Shown here in pieces: positions 1 through 10,538 of a stretch of DNA of 64,000 nt. The translations under genes were made by a program, and so were the position numbers. The notes under the pieces were generated by a model. It had not been told where the DNA came from. It saw only the letters and a program-made list of their open reading frames with translations, and made no database searches. Source of the DNA: Candidatus Parcubacteria bacterium (lineage in GTDB: Bacteria > Patescibacteriota > Minisyncoccia > Minisyncoccales > JAGMDC01); NCBI GenBank assembly GCA_023128895.1, contig JAGMDC010000002.1:17368-81367 (forward strand). The letters are read 5' to 3'. How positions within the stretch are numbered: position 1 is the first letter of the stretch; the number at the start of each line of letters is the position of its first letter.

Positions 1-59
1 AATTTGTTTCCACGGGGCTGAAGTTGTTTTTATATCTTCTTTCATAATATTTTAAAAAG

Positions 60-980
60 TTATTTATTGTGAGAAATATTATCTTTAAGCCAATCACCTA
101 TTAATTTCGCTAATTCAGTTTCGTAATTAGTGAACCAATGATCAGCGTTTATAAATATCTTAGTGCCGCAATTTTTTACATGCTTTTTGAGAGTTTGTAA
201 TTTTTCTTGAGGATTAGTTTGATATTCATCTTTTGAACCAGATATCGCTAATACCGGACAACCTATATTTTTTATCTCTTTCAATTCTCCGGAATAATCA
301 AATATTTTCCCTGAAGAACTTTTAGAATCGGAAACGCTCAAAAATGTTTTCGCGCTCAATAATGGATAAAATCTCATCCATTTTGGCACTGCTTTGCCGC
401 CTTTACCCTCTTTAACCATTTTCTTGGCAATATTTAATGCCTTTCTATATTTATTACCAAGCAACTTTTTCACAAAAGCAACATCATCTACTGGCGACAA
501 TTCAATTAGACTTTGTATTCTTTTATCTTTAGTTTTGAATTTAAAATAGGTGATTTTTTGACAACCAGTGCTGTGGCCTTGCAAAATTATATTTTTATAA
601 CCTTTTTTCTCTAAGAAATTTATAGCAGCGTTTATATCTATTATACAATCCTCGAATTTTTCTAAACTGCCTCCGATTCTTACATATTTAAATCCTAATT
701 CGCTCCTTTTAATAAAATCAGTTACAATACCAACACCCCTATTATTAAAAGATAAAAAGGCAAATCCCCTTGCGACTGCTTCTTTAGATATAAAATCTAC
801 AAACTTATTTTCATAAAAATTCCCAACCCAAGCATGTACATGAATTAAAACATTGGTAGTTTTTTTATCAGGTTCAAATAATAAACCATGCAATTCTAAC
901 CCATCCTTAGCAGTTATTCTTTGAAATGATATTTTCATATACTGTATTGTATCAAAAAACTGCTTTTTAGACAATTTCAA
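60..980 (-). CDS. alpha/beta-fold serine hydrolase
   Basis: 306-aa ORF. Nucleophile elbow G-x-S-x-G (LQGHSTGCQ) and a late NADHWF His. Size is typical of the fold. Confidence 0.6.
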   Translation of the reverse strand: MKLSKKQFFDTIQYMKISFQRITAKDGLELHGLLFEPDKKTTNVLIHVHAWVGNFYENKFVDFISKEAVARGFAFLSFNNRGVGIVTDFIKRSELGFKYVRIGGSLEKFEDCIIDINAAINFLEKKGYKNIILQGHSTGCQKITYFKFKTKDKRIQSLIELSPVDDVAFVKKLLGNKYRKALNIAKKMVKEGKGGKAVPKWMRFYPLLSAKTFLSVSDSKSSSGKIFDYSGELKEIKNIGCPVLAISGSKDEYQTNPQEKLQTLKKHVKNCGTKIFINADHWFTNYETELAKLIGDWLKDNISHNK

Positions 981-1010
981 ATTAAAAATTTTTGGTTTGC
1001 CATTAAAGCA

Positions 1011-1033
1011 AAAACAGAGGTATTATCCTCTGT
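1011..1033 (-). terminator. rho-independent terminator following repeat copy 1
   Basis: Minus sense reads CAGAGG-ATAATA-CCTCTG followed by a U-run. Confidence 0.6.
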
Positions 1034-1045
1034 TCGTACACAATG

Positions 1046-1262
1046 GCAGGACATAGTAAACAACATTAGAACCATTATCCAGCGCCAAACCAAGTACATC
1101 CACATCCCCGACCTCTCTCTACAAGTGTCGCAAGCGTCACAAGGGCAGATTTAGTTTATTGATTACTCCCCCACCCCTCCACTAACTATTTCTATAATTG
1201 CCCAGCGATAGACTTTTTATTCAAAATTCAAAAATTCGGAAACGTCCCCAATTTTTCCCTAA
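1046..1262. repeat. ~215-bp direct repeat, copy 1 (partner at 10183-10377)
   Basis: Aligns end to end with 10183-10377 (ggcaggacat...cgtccccaatttttccc). Most positions are identical, with one ~19-nt indel. Lies in the 3' flank of the Cas4-like gene. Confidence 0.85.
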
Positions 1263-1278
1263 AATAAAAAACCAAAAA

Positions 1279-2031
1279 TTATTTTTCGTATCCATTGCGC
1301 GCATACCACCAAGCGCAATGCTCGCACCCTTCACCCGATTTGGGTATTTCATCGCTTTCCAAGCATTCTTTAATTTCATTAATCGTGGGCTCAACCCATG
1401 AATCATTGCCAGTATAAGGGATAAGAGCAACATCAAACTCAATTTTCTTATCAAACGCCTTTTGGTCATATTTTCCAGTACAATAAACAAAATATCCAGT
1501 ATCAGAAACTTTTAACTCATTTCTGCGCAAAAGCCACTGATATACTTCTATTTGTCTTTTATATCCATCATGGTATTTGCTCTCATTGTCCAACTCTGCG
1601 ATTGGATTATTTCTCGCTGTCGCCTTATAATCAACAACAATATATTCATTATTGCCATTTATCCATAAATCATCAATCGCTCCAGAAACCAAAATTCCTG
1701 TCGGCTTGTGCAGATATTGAATTCCTTCAAAATTTTCCCGCCATTCATTAATTTTTTCGTGCGAGACAGGTTTAGCGTCAATTCCATATTCTTTCTGCAA
1801 TGGATGTTGCGTATCTTTTGCCCTATGAACATCAAACTCTTGTTTCAGCTGATAATCTACCGCGCTATTAATCATAAACGCTGGAATTGAAGGACGCTTT
1901 GTTCCCAATTTATTATCAATGTAAAAACAACGCGGACACTGCTTGAATAAATCAATTTTAGATCTACTCAATTTCCAATTATTTCCGCCATAATTCCATG
2001 ACGAACTCCTTTTTGGATTATATTCATTCAT
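1279..2031 (-). CDS. PD-(D/E)XK nuclease, Cas4/RecB-like with Cys cluster
   Basis: 250-aa ORF. N-terminal CPRC and C-terminal CEHC (four Cys, as in Cas4/AddB Fe-S nucleases). Core D...VVDYK motif. Confidence 0.55.
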   Translation of the reverse strand: MNEYNPKRSSSWNYGGNNWKLSRSKIDLFKQCPRCFYIDNKLGTKRPSIPAFMINSAVDYQLKQEFDVHRAKDTQHPLQKEYGIDAKPVSHEKINEWRENFEGIQYLHKPTGILVSGAIDDLWINGNNEYIVVDYKATARNNPIAELDNESKYHDGYKRQIEVYQWLLRRNELKVSDTGYFVYCTGKYDQKAFDKKIEFDVALIPYTGNDSWVEPTINEIKECLESDEIPKSGEGCEHCAWWYARNGYEK

Positions 2032-2073
2032 AATTATTGATTGTTAATTATTAATTTTTTGTGTTTTTTAATG

Positions 2074-4872
2074 CTACCACTCGAATATATCAACAATATT
2101 TTCAATTGCGCCCTTAATACGATCAATGATGCCTTGTCGTTCTAAAATTCTCGGCTGTTCTGGTAATAAATCGGCAATAGATTGTTCGCGAGGTAATTTT
2201 TGTGTATATAAATATTCACCTATTAAGTCTTCAAATTTATCTAATGGAATATTTTCATCTTGCGCAACGCTTTTTAAATGGTCAGAACGCTCATTTGCCC
2301 AAAATTCGCTAAATGCTTTTTCAACATCATCTGACCTTTTAATATTCGGGAGATTCTCTTCAATAAATTTCCTAATTAGATCTTTCTTCTTGCGAAGTTT
2401 TACATCTCGATTAAAAATGCTTAAAATCTCTTCTGTTTTCTTTTCTCGCACAGCATTGGAACTAATATTTTTAAGTCCCGCAATCAAAAGAATAATATAG
2501 TCAAAATTTATAATATCTCGCACAGTAAGTTCAAGTTCAAAATCAATTTGATCAAGAATTGATTCCACGCCGTTTTCATTGTTTTTACGCTCCTCATAAA
2601 TATCTAAATATTTACTTTGATAATCATAAAATTCTTGTTCTGATATGCCAAGCTCACTGAATGAAAATTCTGCAAATGTTTCAAGTGACGATTTGATATG
2701 AAGTAAATCACGAAATGTTTTTACGAATACAGCTTTCTCTTCTTCTCCCTGTAAGTCATCCACAGAAATTACTGTCGGCGTTTTTTTTCGTAATTCTGCC
2801 AGTTTATTCTCAAATTCTTTTTTCTGTTCTTCATACGGCTTTTTGAAAACAATCTCTTTTGCATTTTCATCGCCAAAAAGAGCCAACGCTTTATCGGTCG
2901 CTTCTTTTAGATTTCTAAATGAAATAATATTTCCGTGTGGCTTGTCGGAATTAAACAATCTATTCGTTCGTGAGTATGCTTGAATTAATCCATGATAACG
3001 TAAATTTTTATCTACATATAAGGTGTTCAATCGCGGGCTATCAAATCCTGTTAAAAACATATTTACCACCAGCACAAGATCAACCTCTTTATTTTTAATT
3101 CTTGTTTGTAAGTCTCTGTAATAATCATAGAAGCGATTAGTTGAAAAATTTGTTGAGTATTGTTTATTATAATCAATAATACAATTTTCTAAAAAATCCC
3201 GTGAATGTTGGTCTCCAGGTGTTCCTTCTCCCGCAAATATATCTACATCAAGCATGTCCGAACTTTCGTCTTCGTTTGCATGATAAGTAAAAATAGTCGC
3301 AATTTTAAAATCATCTGACCTTTTATTCTTAAACAAGCTATAATATTTTTTCAAAACTTCAATATTTGAAGTCGCAAATAAAGCATTGAACTTTCCATTT
3401 TTCGTTTTTCTTTTCCAATCTGCCAATATGTATTCTGTAATTTTATTAAGGCGGTCATCACTTTCAAGAACTTCTCTTTTATCAATGCCCTTAACAAGAG
3501 CGTCGGCAAAAATATCAGCACCCAATGTGTCTGGATCTTTTTGTGTGTATCGTCCAACATATTCCACAGCAAAGCCAAGCACATTGTTATCAGATATTGC
3601 GTGAGTAATGATATACTTATGCAAACACTCACAAAACACATCAGCAGTTGTCACTCCTCCAACATTATTTTCGGCAAAGATAGGAGTTCCTGTAAAGCCA
3701 AAAAGTTGCGCCTTTTTGAAAAAACCTTTAATTCGCGCATGAGTTTGTCCAAACTGACTACGATGACATTCATCAAATATAATAACTACTTTTTTATCCG
3801 TTAAATATTCAAATTGTTTGAGATATGATTCTCGCCCAATAGCAATATCAAGTTTTTGAATTGTCGTAACAATAAGCTTTCTATTTTTGTCTTTAAGCTG
3901 TTTTACAAGATTGCGAGTGTTGTCAGTGCCGTCCACCGAGCCCGCAGAAAACGAGTTAAATTCTTTTGTTGTTTGAATGTCTAAATCTTTTCTATCCACC
4001 ACAAAAAGCACTTTTTTTACTTCTGGAATGCGTGATAATCTCTGACTGGTTTTATATGAGGTTAAAGTTTTTCCTGAACCTGTGGTATGCCAAATATAGC
4101 CATTCTTGCTTGATTCACGCACTCGCTTTTCAATATTCCTTGCCGCATAATATTGATATGGTCTGAGTACCATCGGAATTTTTAATGACTCTGCCAACAC
4201 AATATATTCAGCAATCATTTCAGACACAGCGCATTTTTCTAAAAATGCATCCGCAAATTTATCCAGCTGAGTAATTTTATTGTTTTGTTCGTCAGTCCAA
4301 TAAAATGTTTGTTCAAATGACTGCCTTGGATTGTTTGAAAAATACTTTGTATCAACCCCATTTGAAATCACGAATATCTGCACATATTCAAAAAGTGTTC
4401 CCGTAAATGAATGTTTATGATATCGCTGAATCTGATTAAACGCTTCTTTCATCTCCACTCCTCGTCGTTTTAATTCAATCTGAACAAATGGCAAGCCGTT
4501 TATAAGCAAGGTTACATCATAACGATTTTCGTATCGTCCAACTTGTGTAATCTGTTGCGCGACTTGATATTCATTTTTGCACCATTGTTCCATGTTAAAA
4601 AATCGCACCCAAAAAGTGCTTTTATCATCACGAGCAAGGACAAATCTATCCCGTAAAGTTTTTGCTTTGTCAAAGCGATCGCCCCTATTTATATGATTTA
4701 ATACCTGCGCAAATTCAGCGTCAGAAAATTTTGTTTGATTAAATTTTTCAATCTGCGTCCGTAGATTTGCAACCATTGCGTCAGAATCTTTCAATGCAAC
4801 AACCGAAAACCCCAACCGTCCAAGTTGTTCAATTAATGTCTTTTCAAGTTGTTGTTCAGATTGATGGGACAT
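2074..4872 (-). CDS. hsdR: type I restriction enzyme R subunit
   Basis: 932 aa. SF2 motifs TGSGKT and DECH ([10 protein letters not shown]). Last gene of the hsd array. Confidence 0.9.
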   Translation of the reverse strand: MSHQSEQQLEKTLIEQLGRLGFSVVALKDSDAMVANLRTQIEKFNQTKFSDAEFAQVLNHINRGDRFDKAKTLRDRFVLARDDKSTFWVRFFNMEQWCKNEYQVAQQITQVGRYENRYDVTLLINGLPFVQIELKRRGVEMKEAFNQIQRYHKHSFTGTLFEYVQIFVISNGVDTKYFSNNPRQSFEQTFYWTDEQNNKITQLDKFADAFLEKCAVSEMIAEYIVLAESLKIPMVLRPYQYYAARNIEKRVRESSKNGYIWHTTGSGKTLTSYKTSQRLSRIPEVKKVLFVVDRKDLDIQTTKEFNSFSAGSVDGTDNTRNLVKQLKDKNRKLIVTTIQKLDIAIGRESYLKQFEYLTDKKVVIIFDECHRSQFGQTHARIKGFFKKAQLFGFTGTPIFAENNVGGVTTADVFCECLHKYIITHAISDNNVLGFAVEYVGRYTQKDPDTLGADIFADALVKGIDKREVLESDDRLNKITEYILADWKRKTKNGKFNALFATSNIEVLKKYYSLFKNKRSDDFKIATIFTYHANEDESSDMLDVDIFAGEGTPGDQHSRDFLENCIIDYNKQYSTNFSTNRFYDYYRDLQTRIKNKEVDLVLVVNMFLTGFDSPRLNTLYVDKNLRYHGLIQAYSRTNRLFNSDKPHGNIISFRNLKEATDKALALFGDENAKEIVFKKPYEEQKKEFENKLAELRKKTPTVISVDDLQGEEEKAVFVKTFRDLLHIKSSLETFAEFSFSELGISEQEFYDYQSKYLDIYEERKNNENGVESILDQIDFELELTVRDIINFDYIILLIAGLKNISSNAVREKKTEEILSIFNRDVKLRKKKDLIRKFIEENLPNIKRSDDVEKAFSEFWANERSDHLKSVAQDENIPLDKFEDLIGEYLYTQKLPREQSIADLLPEQPRILERQGIIDRIKGAIENIVDIFEW

Positions 4873-4874
4873 AG

Positions 4875-6038
4875 TTATTTATTATCATTTACAATAAATT
4901 GCGCTCTCTCATAAAGTTCATCATATGTAATAATTTCAATATTTCTAGAGTCTCTCCTAAATAATTCAAAAGTTTTTATTTTTATTTTTTTCTCTAAATC
5001 ATTTGAGGCACTTTCTAATTCATTCCAATTTCCAATTATTAGAATAGTTTTTGAATCATACGGTTTTTGTCTAATTTCGTTTCCGCGATCATCGTGTAAG
5101 GTCTCAGTCTCTAATCTCACTTGACCGCTTGCTTTTTGTTCTAAAATTTGAGAAGTTGCATCTGTTAAATCATTAGATAATTTCCAAGAATTCGATCTAT
5201 TCTTTTTAAATCCAAAAATTTTAGTTTCTGGTTTTTTTAATTCTACAAAAGTTACAAACTTTTTATCTCCTAATAAAAAATCTCCGAAAACACGGTTTGA
5301 TCCATCTGCTTCTCCTCCAGTAACTTGAAATTCTTTTTGTAAAACGCCTTGAAATCTATAATCTAAACCATATCCAAAAATCCACGAATTTTTATTAAAA
5401 AAATATTGCCAAGCAACCTCATCTTTTATTTTGTCATTTTTAACTACATCTTTTTTATAATCATCCAAAAAGTTTTCATAAAGAAGTTTCCTAAAAATTT
5501 CCAACTGATATTTTCTATATCCTACAGCAACAATATCTTTATCGGTTATGTTTTGCTTTAAAGTCTCTTCTATCAATTTAATGTCAGGATTTTTATAAAA
5601 TATATTTTTCAGTCTTGATATATCAGCTTGTTCAATTCTCGATTTTTTGTCATCTGGAAATTGAAGCAATACTATTGAATCTAAAAAATCCCTTAATTCT
5701 TTTATTTCTTTACCGACAAAAGAAAAATACATTTTATGAGGAGATCCTGTCGCTTTGCTATATCTTTGTAGTGTGAGAACATAAATTTTATTATTTATTT
5801 CTAACACCTTAGCAAGTATTTCTTGTTTTCCACTATCAGTTATCCTTAGTTGTATTACGCCTTTTTCTTTTACATCACCAAGTATCTTTTCTGAGTTTAT
5901 AATTTTGCTTACATATCGCAACGGAATAATCTCACCATCTTGTGTTGTGTGCTCAATTCTTTTACTAATATAAACCTTACTAGTTTTTTTGTTTTGAATA
6001 TAATCAGTTTCTTTTTCCATATTTTTTACATTACACAA
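4875..6038 (-). CDS. Shedu-like (DUF4263-type) PD-(D/E)xK nuclease domain protein
   Basis: 387 aa. Overlaps the hsdS stop by 8 nt and ends 2 nt before the hsdR start. The C-terminal half has [19 protein letters not shown] (D...ELK) and a terminal [13 protein letters not shown], the pattern I recognise from SduA/DUF4263. The N-terminal ~200 aa are unassigned. Confidence 0.55.
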   Translation of the reverse strand: MCNVKNMEKETDYIQNKKTSKVYISKRIEHTTQDGEIIPLRYVSKIINSEKILGDVKEKGVIQLRITDSGKQEILAKVLEINNKIYVLTLQRYSKATGSPHKMYFSFVGKEIKELRDFLDSIVLLQFPDDKKSRIEQADISRLKNIFYKNPDIKLIEETLKQNITDKDIVAVGYRKYQLEIFRKLLYENFLDDYKKDVVKNDKIKDEVAWQYFFNKNSWIFGYGLDYRFQGVLQKEFQVTGGEADGSNRVFGDFLLGDKKFVTFVELKKPETKIFGFKKNRSNSWKLSNDLTDATSQILEQKASGQVRLETETLHDDRGNEIRQKPYDSKTILIIGNWNELESASNDLEKKIKIKTFELFRRDSRNIEIITYDELYERAQFIVNDNK

Positions 6039-7242
6039 ATAACCCTTGCATCAGCCCTTTTTTCCATTGCTCGGCTTGGGTGATTTGTTGTTGTTTTGAA
6101 TTTATTAAATTATCTATTGAAGTCAAAAAATCTGCGATTTTTTGTTGTTCTTTATAAATTGGAAAAGGTATTTTTATTTTTGAATATTCAGAAATCCAAA
6201 AACGCTTATGTTCTTCACCAAGACCAAATCTAATCCGTTGCATTGTCAAGAAGATAAATCTAATATCTGAAACCTTTTCGCTTCTATTCTTTAAAATTTT
6301 CATTGCGGAAGACTTAACCTTGAAAGGAATATCTACAAATTTTTGTGCTGTAGTAAAATCATCAAAAATAATTACAGGTAATTTCTCGGCTTCAAAAATT
6401 CCCTCTTTTTCATTTGTATATCCAAGTATAAAAGTTTTACCAGCAGTCAAAACAGGGGTGTTGTAATTATTATTATATTCTGTACTTTCAACAATATAGT
6501 TTGTTGGCTGTTCATAATCTAAAACCTCCCCTAATTTCTTTTCCTCCCACTCTGAAAAATTATTTCCTTTGTTATCTTTGAAACGGATTTCTTGGGCAAA
6601 GATTTTTTGCATCATTTTTCTCTTATAAAATTCAAGATTCTCTTTTTGCGCGCAAAGATTTTCAATCCACTCGTCCACCGCCCCTAAAAACTCAGCGATT
6701 TTTTGTTGTTCTGGGAGAGCTGGAAAAATCACTGGACACCTCAAAATTTCATTTTTTCGTAAATTTGTTTGACTTACTCCATTATCAAATTTCAAAAAAT
6801 ATTTATTACGATTTATAATCCGTATCAAAAATTGACTTATTATTTCTTTTGACTTAATCCCGCCAATTCGTTGATTTAGAGTATAAGCGCTATCTTTATC
6901 AATCAAAAAACATTTACCGATTGCTTTACCTTTTGGGATATCGCTCATAACAATAGCAATATCATCTTTTTTTAATGGTGAAATTTGATTATCCGAATAT
7001 TTTTTTACTTTACCGTCTTGCGAGATAAATTTTGAATTTACAACAACATATTTTCCATTTGCTGAAATATCTTGTTCATGAGCCTTGCCATTCCAAAAAT
7101 TCGCAACCTCTCCCAACATCTTCTCCTCCCACTCACCAGAAAAACCCGCAAAACGAAGTTTCGATATTTTTTGAGATTTTGCCTGCCTGACGATAGGCAT
7201 GGATTGTTTGATCTTTGTTGGCATATTACCTATTAGTATCAA
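6031..7242 (-). CDS. hsdS: type I restriction enzyme S (specificity) subunit
   Basis: 403 aa. Two variable halves, each followed by a conserved helix: LPEQQKIAEFLGAVDEWI and YKEQQKIADFLTSIDNLI. The start codon is uncertain (M1/M7/M15). Confidence 0.85.
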   Translation of the reverse strand: MILIGNMPTKIKQSMPIVRQAKSQKISKLRFAGFSGEWEEKMLGEVANFWNGKAHEQDISANGKYVVVNSKFISQDGKVKKYSDNQISPLKKDDIAIVMSDIPKGKAIGKCFLIDKDSAYTLNQRIGGIKSKEIISQFLIRIINRNKYFLKFDNGVSQTNLRKNEILRCPVIFPALPEQQKIAEFLGAVDEWIENLCAQKENLEFYKRKMMQKIFAQEIRFKDNKGNNFSEWEEKKLGEVLDYEQPTNYIVESTEYNNNYNTPVLTAGKTFILGYTNEKEGIFEAEKLPVIIFDDFTTAQKFVDIPFKVKSSAMKILKNRSEKVSDIRFIFLTMQRIRFGLGEEHKRFWISEYSKIKIPFPIYKEQQKIADFLTSIDNLINSKQQQITQAEQWKKGLMQGLFV

Positions 7243-7303
7243 CTAAAATTACCTTTTCGTTTATACAAGTCAAATAGTGTAAACAAAAATATTAAAAAAA
7301 GGA

Positions 7304-7696
7304 TTAAAATAAATCCTTGTATTTATCATAATTTTCTTTAATCTTCTGCTTCCATTTTGCTGTTTCATTGCCATTACCCAAATCATTTTTATGATAGACC
7401 AAAAGGACATAAACCATTTTTATATCCTTTTGAACGGCAATAATACATCTATTGCCAGAACCCTTTCTTGATTGCTTTGTCCCAGTAATACGAAATTCAG
7501 TTTTGATTATCCTGATATTCTCGGTTTTAATAATCTCTTCAGCAATTGAAGTCTCAAGTAAAGAGTCAATTCTTTTTAACTCTTCATTTATAGCTTGCCA
7601 TGTTATATCCCAATCTTTTTTATATTTCTTCTTAAATTTTTTAATAAAGTGACGTTCAGCGAAGTGTTCCGCCATTACTGAATATTTAGTAGACAT
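7304..7696 (-). CDS. RelE/HigB/Gp49-like toxin candidate
   Basis: 130 aa. Overlaps the upstream antitoxin-like gene by 11 nt. SRKGSGNRCIIAV...VYVLLVYHKNDLGN resembles the GKSGG-R-x-I ... L-x-Y-x-K core of RelE-fold toxins. Confidence 0.5.
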   Translation of the reverse strand: MSTKYSVMAEHFAERHFIKKFKKKYKKDWDITWQAINEELKRIDSLLETSIAEEIIKTENIRIIKTEFRITGTKQSRKGSGNRCIIAVQKDIKMVYVLLVYHKNDLGNGNETAKWKQKIKENYDKYKDLF

Positions 7697-8369
7697 ATTC
7701 TGGATCTTCTTGAGTTATTAATTCATAAGGAATTATTTCATCAGGAGAGCAAATTTTATAAGGCAACTGATTGTGAGTAAAATGAACAATCTCATTTGTT
7801 TTTCTATCTTTCCATTTTCTTGCAATTTTGCCAATTAATTTCATTTCTTCTTTTGATATTTCTTTAAATGTTCTTTTTCGCGAACTTTCATTTTCTGAAA
7901 TTAAAAGCATTTCATTTTTATGATCAATAGATATTTTGCCCGACGCTTCTAATTCATCTATCGCCCTAAAATAGATATCTGGCACTGGTCCATATTTAAT
8001 ACGACGATATTGCATACCGCTCATACTATTCAAATGATCATAAAACCAAGCGAAATCTGCTAAATATAGCATTTTGGCAAGCTTAGTTTTTAATATTTTT
8101 CCGTCTACTGATGAACCTTTTCTAACGTACGCTAATATCATTTCTTTATATTTTTCATTATTTGGTTTTGCCCCACTCTCAACTTCTTCTAAAGAAATAC
8201 CAAGAATATTAGATAATTTCACCATCTGAGAAAAATTAAGTTCTGTTTTGCCTTGCTCAAAAGAAATATAAGAAGACCGAGAAATTCCTATTTTTTCAGC
8301 AATTTCTTCTTGGTTTAAAACTTTTTCTATTCTTATCTTTTTTATTAATTTAAAATATTGATTAATCAT
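7686..8369 (-). CDS. XRE-HTH plus Panacea (DUF4065/SocA-like) domain antitoxin candidate
   Basis: 227 aa. N-terminal HTH (LNQEEIAEKIGISRSSYISFEQGK). C-terminal KLAKMLYLADFAWFY...IKYGPVP is typical of DUF4065. Confidence 0.65.
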   Translation of the reverse strand: MINQYFKLIKKIRIEKVLNQEEIAEKIGISRSSYISFEQGKTELNFSQMVKLSNILGISLEEVESGAKPNNEKYKEMILAYVRKGSSVDGKILKTKLAKMLYLADFAWFYDHLNSMSGMQYRRIKYGPVPDIYFRAIDELEASGKISIDHKNEMLLISENESSRKRTFKEISKEEMKLIGKIARKWKDRKTNEIVHFTHNQLPYKICSPDEIIPYELITQEDPEYVY

Positions 8370-8446
8370 ATTTTTTAATTATATATTAACTATGTCAAAA
8401 AGTCAAACTTTTAATGTCATTTTTTAAGACATACAAATAATTTGGA

Positions 8447-10024
8447 TTAAAACGGTTTGTCTATTTTTAATTCCTTGCAAAATCCAGCAATCTTACTTTG
8501 TAAATTCTTTTCGTCTGTGTTCAGTCTTTTTAAATTCTTGGATACAGAATCAATATCAACTATTTTCTCCTCTTTAAATGTATCAACATATCGCGGAATA
8601 TTAAGATTGTATTCATTTTCCTTAATCTCATCTAAACTTGCTTTGTGAGAATATTTTTCAATTTCTTTGCGAGATTTATAAGTATCAAAAATTTTTGCAA
8701 TATTCTCATTAGTTAGCTTATTTTGATTTTTCCCTTTTTCAAATTCCTTTGAAGCGTCAATAAAAAGAATATCCTCATCATCACGACGGCATTTTTTAAA
8801 AACAAGCACTGTCGCAGGAATTGAAGTCCCATAAAAAAGATTTGAAGGCAAACCAATTACTGCGTCAAGATAATTTTGTTTTTCAATAATATATTTTCTG
8901 ATATGGCCTTCTGCTCCTGATCTAAATAGCGCTCCGTGGGGCAACACAACCGCCATAGTTCCGTTATCAGCCAGATGATAAAGCATATGAGTTACAAAAG
9001 CGTAATCTGCCGCGCTTTTTGGAGCAAGCCGTCCATATTGCGAAAAACGATCATCATGCGCAAGTTGAGGGTCGCTATCACTCTTCCATTTTGTCGCAAA
9101 TGGCGGATTAGCAACAAGCGCCTCTGCTTTAAGGTCTGCGTGCATATCTTCTGTTAGAGTGTCTCCATGGCGAATATCAAAATTATCAAAATGCACCCCG
9201 TGTAAAATCATATTCATTCGCGCGAGGTTGTAAGTAATTGGATTGAGTTCTTGCCCATAATAACTTGCCACTTCGGTAAAATCACCGATGCGAAGCAACA
9301 AAGAACCTGAACCGCAAGTCGGGTCATAAACTGATCTCACTCGTTTTTTATCTTGTGATACAATTTGAGCCATTAGTCGCGATACTTGAGCAGGAGTATA
9401 AAATTCTCCTCCCTTTTTACCAGATCCAGCAGCAAATTCACCAATCAGATATTCGTAAGCATCTCCGAGAAGATCACTCTTTGCGTCTTCAAGATTAAAA
9501 TCTATTCCGCTCAACAATACAAGGACTTCAACCACAACATCATTTTTTTGATTTTCACGAGAGCCAAGTTTTGTAGAAGTTAAATCAACATCATCAAACA
9601 ATCCTTTGAAATCATCCTCGCTGGCAGTTCCCATTGAAGTTTGCTCTATCGTATTAAGAACATTTTTAAGATTTTCAAGGATAAAGGTGTCTTGATTTTT
9701 AATATTACCTTTTCCTTTTTTGACAAGATAAGAAAATAATTCCGTTGGTTTTAAGAAAAAACCGAGATGACCAATGCAGCCAGCTTTTATCTGTTCTAAA
9801 TATTTTTTACCCTCTTTAGTGTTTTCTTTTATTTCCGCAAATTCAAAATCCTCTGAAGAAAGAAGTGTCTCGTCAACATAACGTGCAAGCTTCTCAGATA
9901 AATATTTGTAGAAAATAAAGCCAAGAATATAGTTTTTATACTCATCGGCGTTCATTTTGCCGCGAAGCGTATTTGCCACACCCCACAACTGCTTTTCTAA
10001 TAATTGTTTTTGTTCTTCAGACAT
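8447..10024 (-). CDS. hsdM: type I restriction enzyme M subunit (N6-adenine methyltransferase)
   Basis: 525 aa. Motif I is DPTCGSGSLL and motif IV is NPPF (LVANPPFATKW). Confidence 0.9.
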   Translation of the reverse strand: MSEEQKQLLEKQLWGVANTLRGKMNADEYKNYILGFIFYKYLSEKLARYVDETLLSSEDFEFAEIKENTKEGKKYLEQIKAGCIGHLGFFLKPTELFSYLVKKGKGNIKNQDTFILENLKNVLNTIEQTSMGTASEDDFKGLFDDVDLTSTKLGSRENQKNDVVVEVLVLLSGIDFNLEDAKSDLLGDAYEYLIGEFAAGSGKKGGEFYTPAQVSRLMAQIVSQDKKRVRSVYDPTCGSGSLLLRIGDFTEVASYYGQELNPITYNLARMNMILHGVHFDNFDIRHGDTLTEDMHADLKAEALVANPPFATKWKSDSDPQLAHDDRFSQYGRLAPKSAADYAFVTHMLYHLADNGTMAVVLPHGALFRSGAEGHIRKYIIEKQNYLDAVIGLPSNLFYGTSIPATVLVFKKCRRDDEDILFIDASKEFEKGKNQNKLTNENIAKIFDTYKSRKEIEKYSHKASLDEIKENEYNLNIPRYVDTFKEEKIVDIDSVSKNLKRLNTDEKNLQSKIAGFCKELKIDKPF

Positions 10025-10106
10025 ATATTTTTTAACTTTTTAGTTTTAAAATTTTTAATCTTTGTTTTACTCTACCGCGAACGCGGTTAAAATTCAAGGG
10101 AAAATC

Positions 10107-10137
10107 AAAAATTCGGAAGTTGAGCTTCCGAATTTTT
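10107..10137. terminator. bidirectional hairpin terminator between repeat copy 2 and hsdM
   Basis: AAAAATTCGGAAG-ttgag-CTTCCGAATTTTT: a 13-bp stem with A/T runs on both sides. Confidence 0.6.
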
Positions 10138-10182
10138 GGTTTATTCTTAATTCGTAATTCTTAATTCGTGATTCTGTTTTTG

Positions 10183-10377
10183 GCAGGACATCGTAAACAA
10201 CGTTAGAACCATTATCCAGCGCCAAACCAACCATATTTATATCCCCGACCTCTCCCCACAAGGGCAAATTTAGTTTATTGATTACTCCACCACCCCGCCA
10301 CTCACTATTTCTGAAATTGCCCAACGATAAACTTTTTATTCAAAACTCAAAAATCAGAAACGTCCCCAATTTTTCCC
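10183..10377. repeat. ~195-bp direct repeat, copy 2 (partner at 1046-1262)
   Basis: Same sequence family as 1046-1262. The TTG-start ORF 10094..10324 is not conserved in copy 1, which has an in-frame TAG. Confidence 0.85.
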
Positions 10378-10405
10378 CAATACATCCACCGCAACGCAAG
10401 TGAAT

Positions 10406-10436
10406 AAAAATTCAAGAGCGAAGCTCTTGAATTTTT
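10406..10436. terminator. hairpin terminator downstream of the OLD nuclease gene
   Basis: AAAAATTCAAGAGC-gaa-GCTCTTGAATTTTT. Confidence 0.6.
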
Positions 10437-10538
10437 ATTTATTCCTTAATCCTTAAATATTCAGATCTAAAAAACTCAGCGTCAAACCTGCGCGCTTCTT
10501 GGACATTTGATTTTTTTATAATTGAAATCTGCGACATA

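Noticed and set aside
1198-1490. ORFs 1198..1401(+) and 1221..1490(-).
   Set aside because: They overlap the repeat and the 3' end of the Cas4-like gene in other frames, have low-complexity translations and no start context.
10094-10324. 76-aa minus-strand ORF inside repeat copy 2.
   Set aside because: It has a TTG start, and the homologous frame in copy 1 contains an in-frame TAG. Conservation is at the nucleotide level, so it is treated as non-coding.
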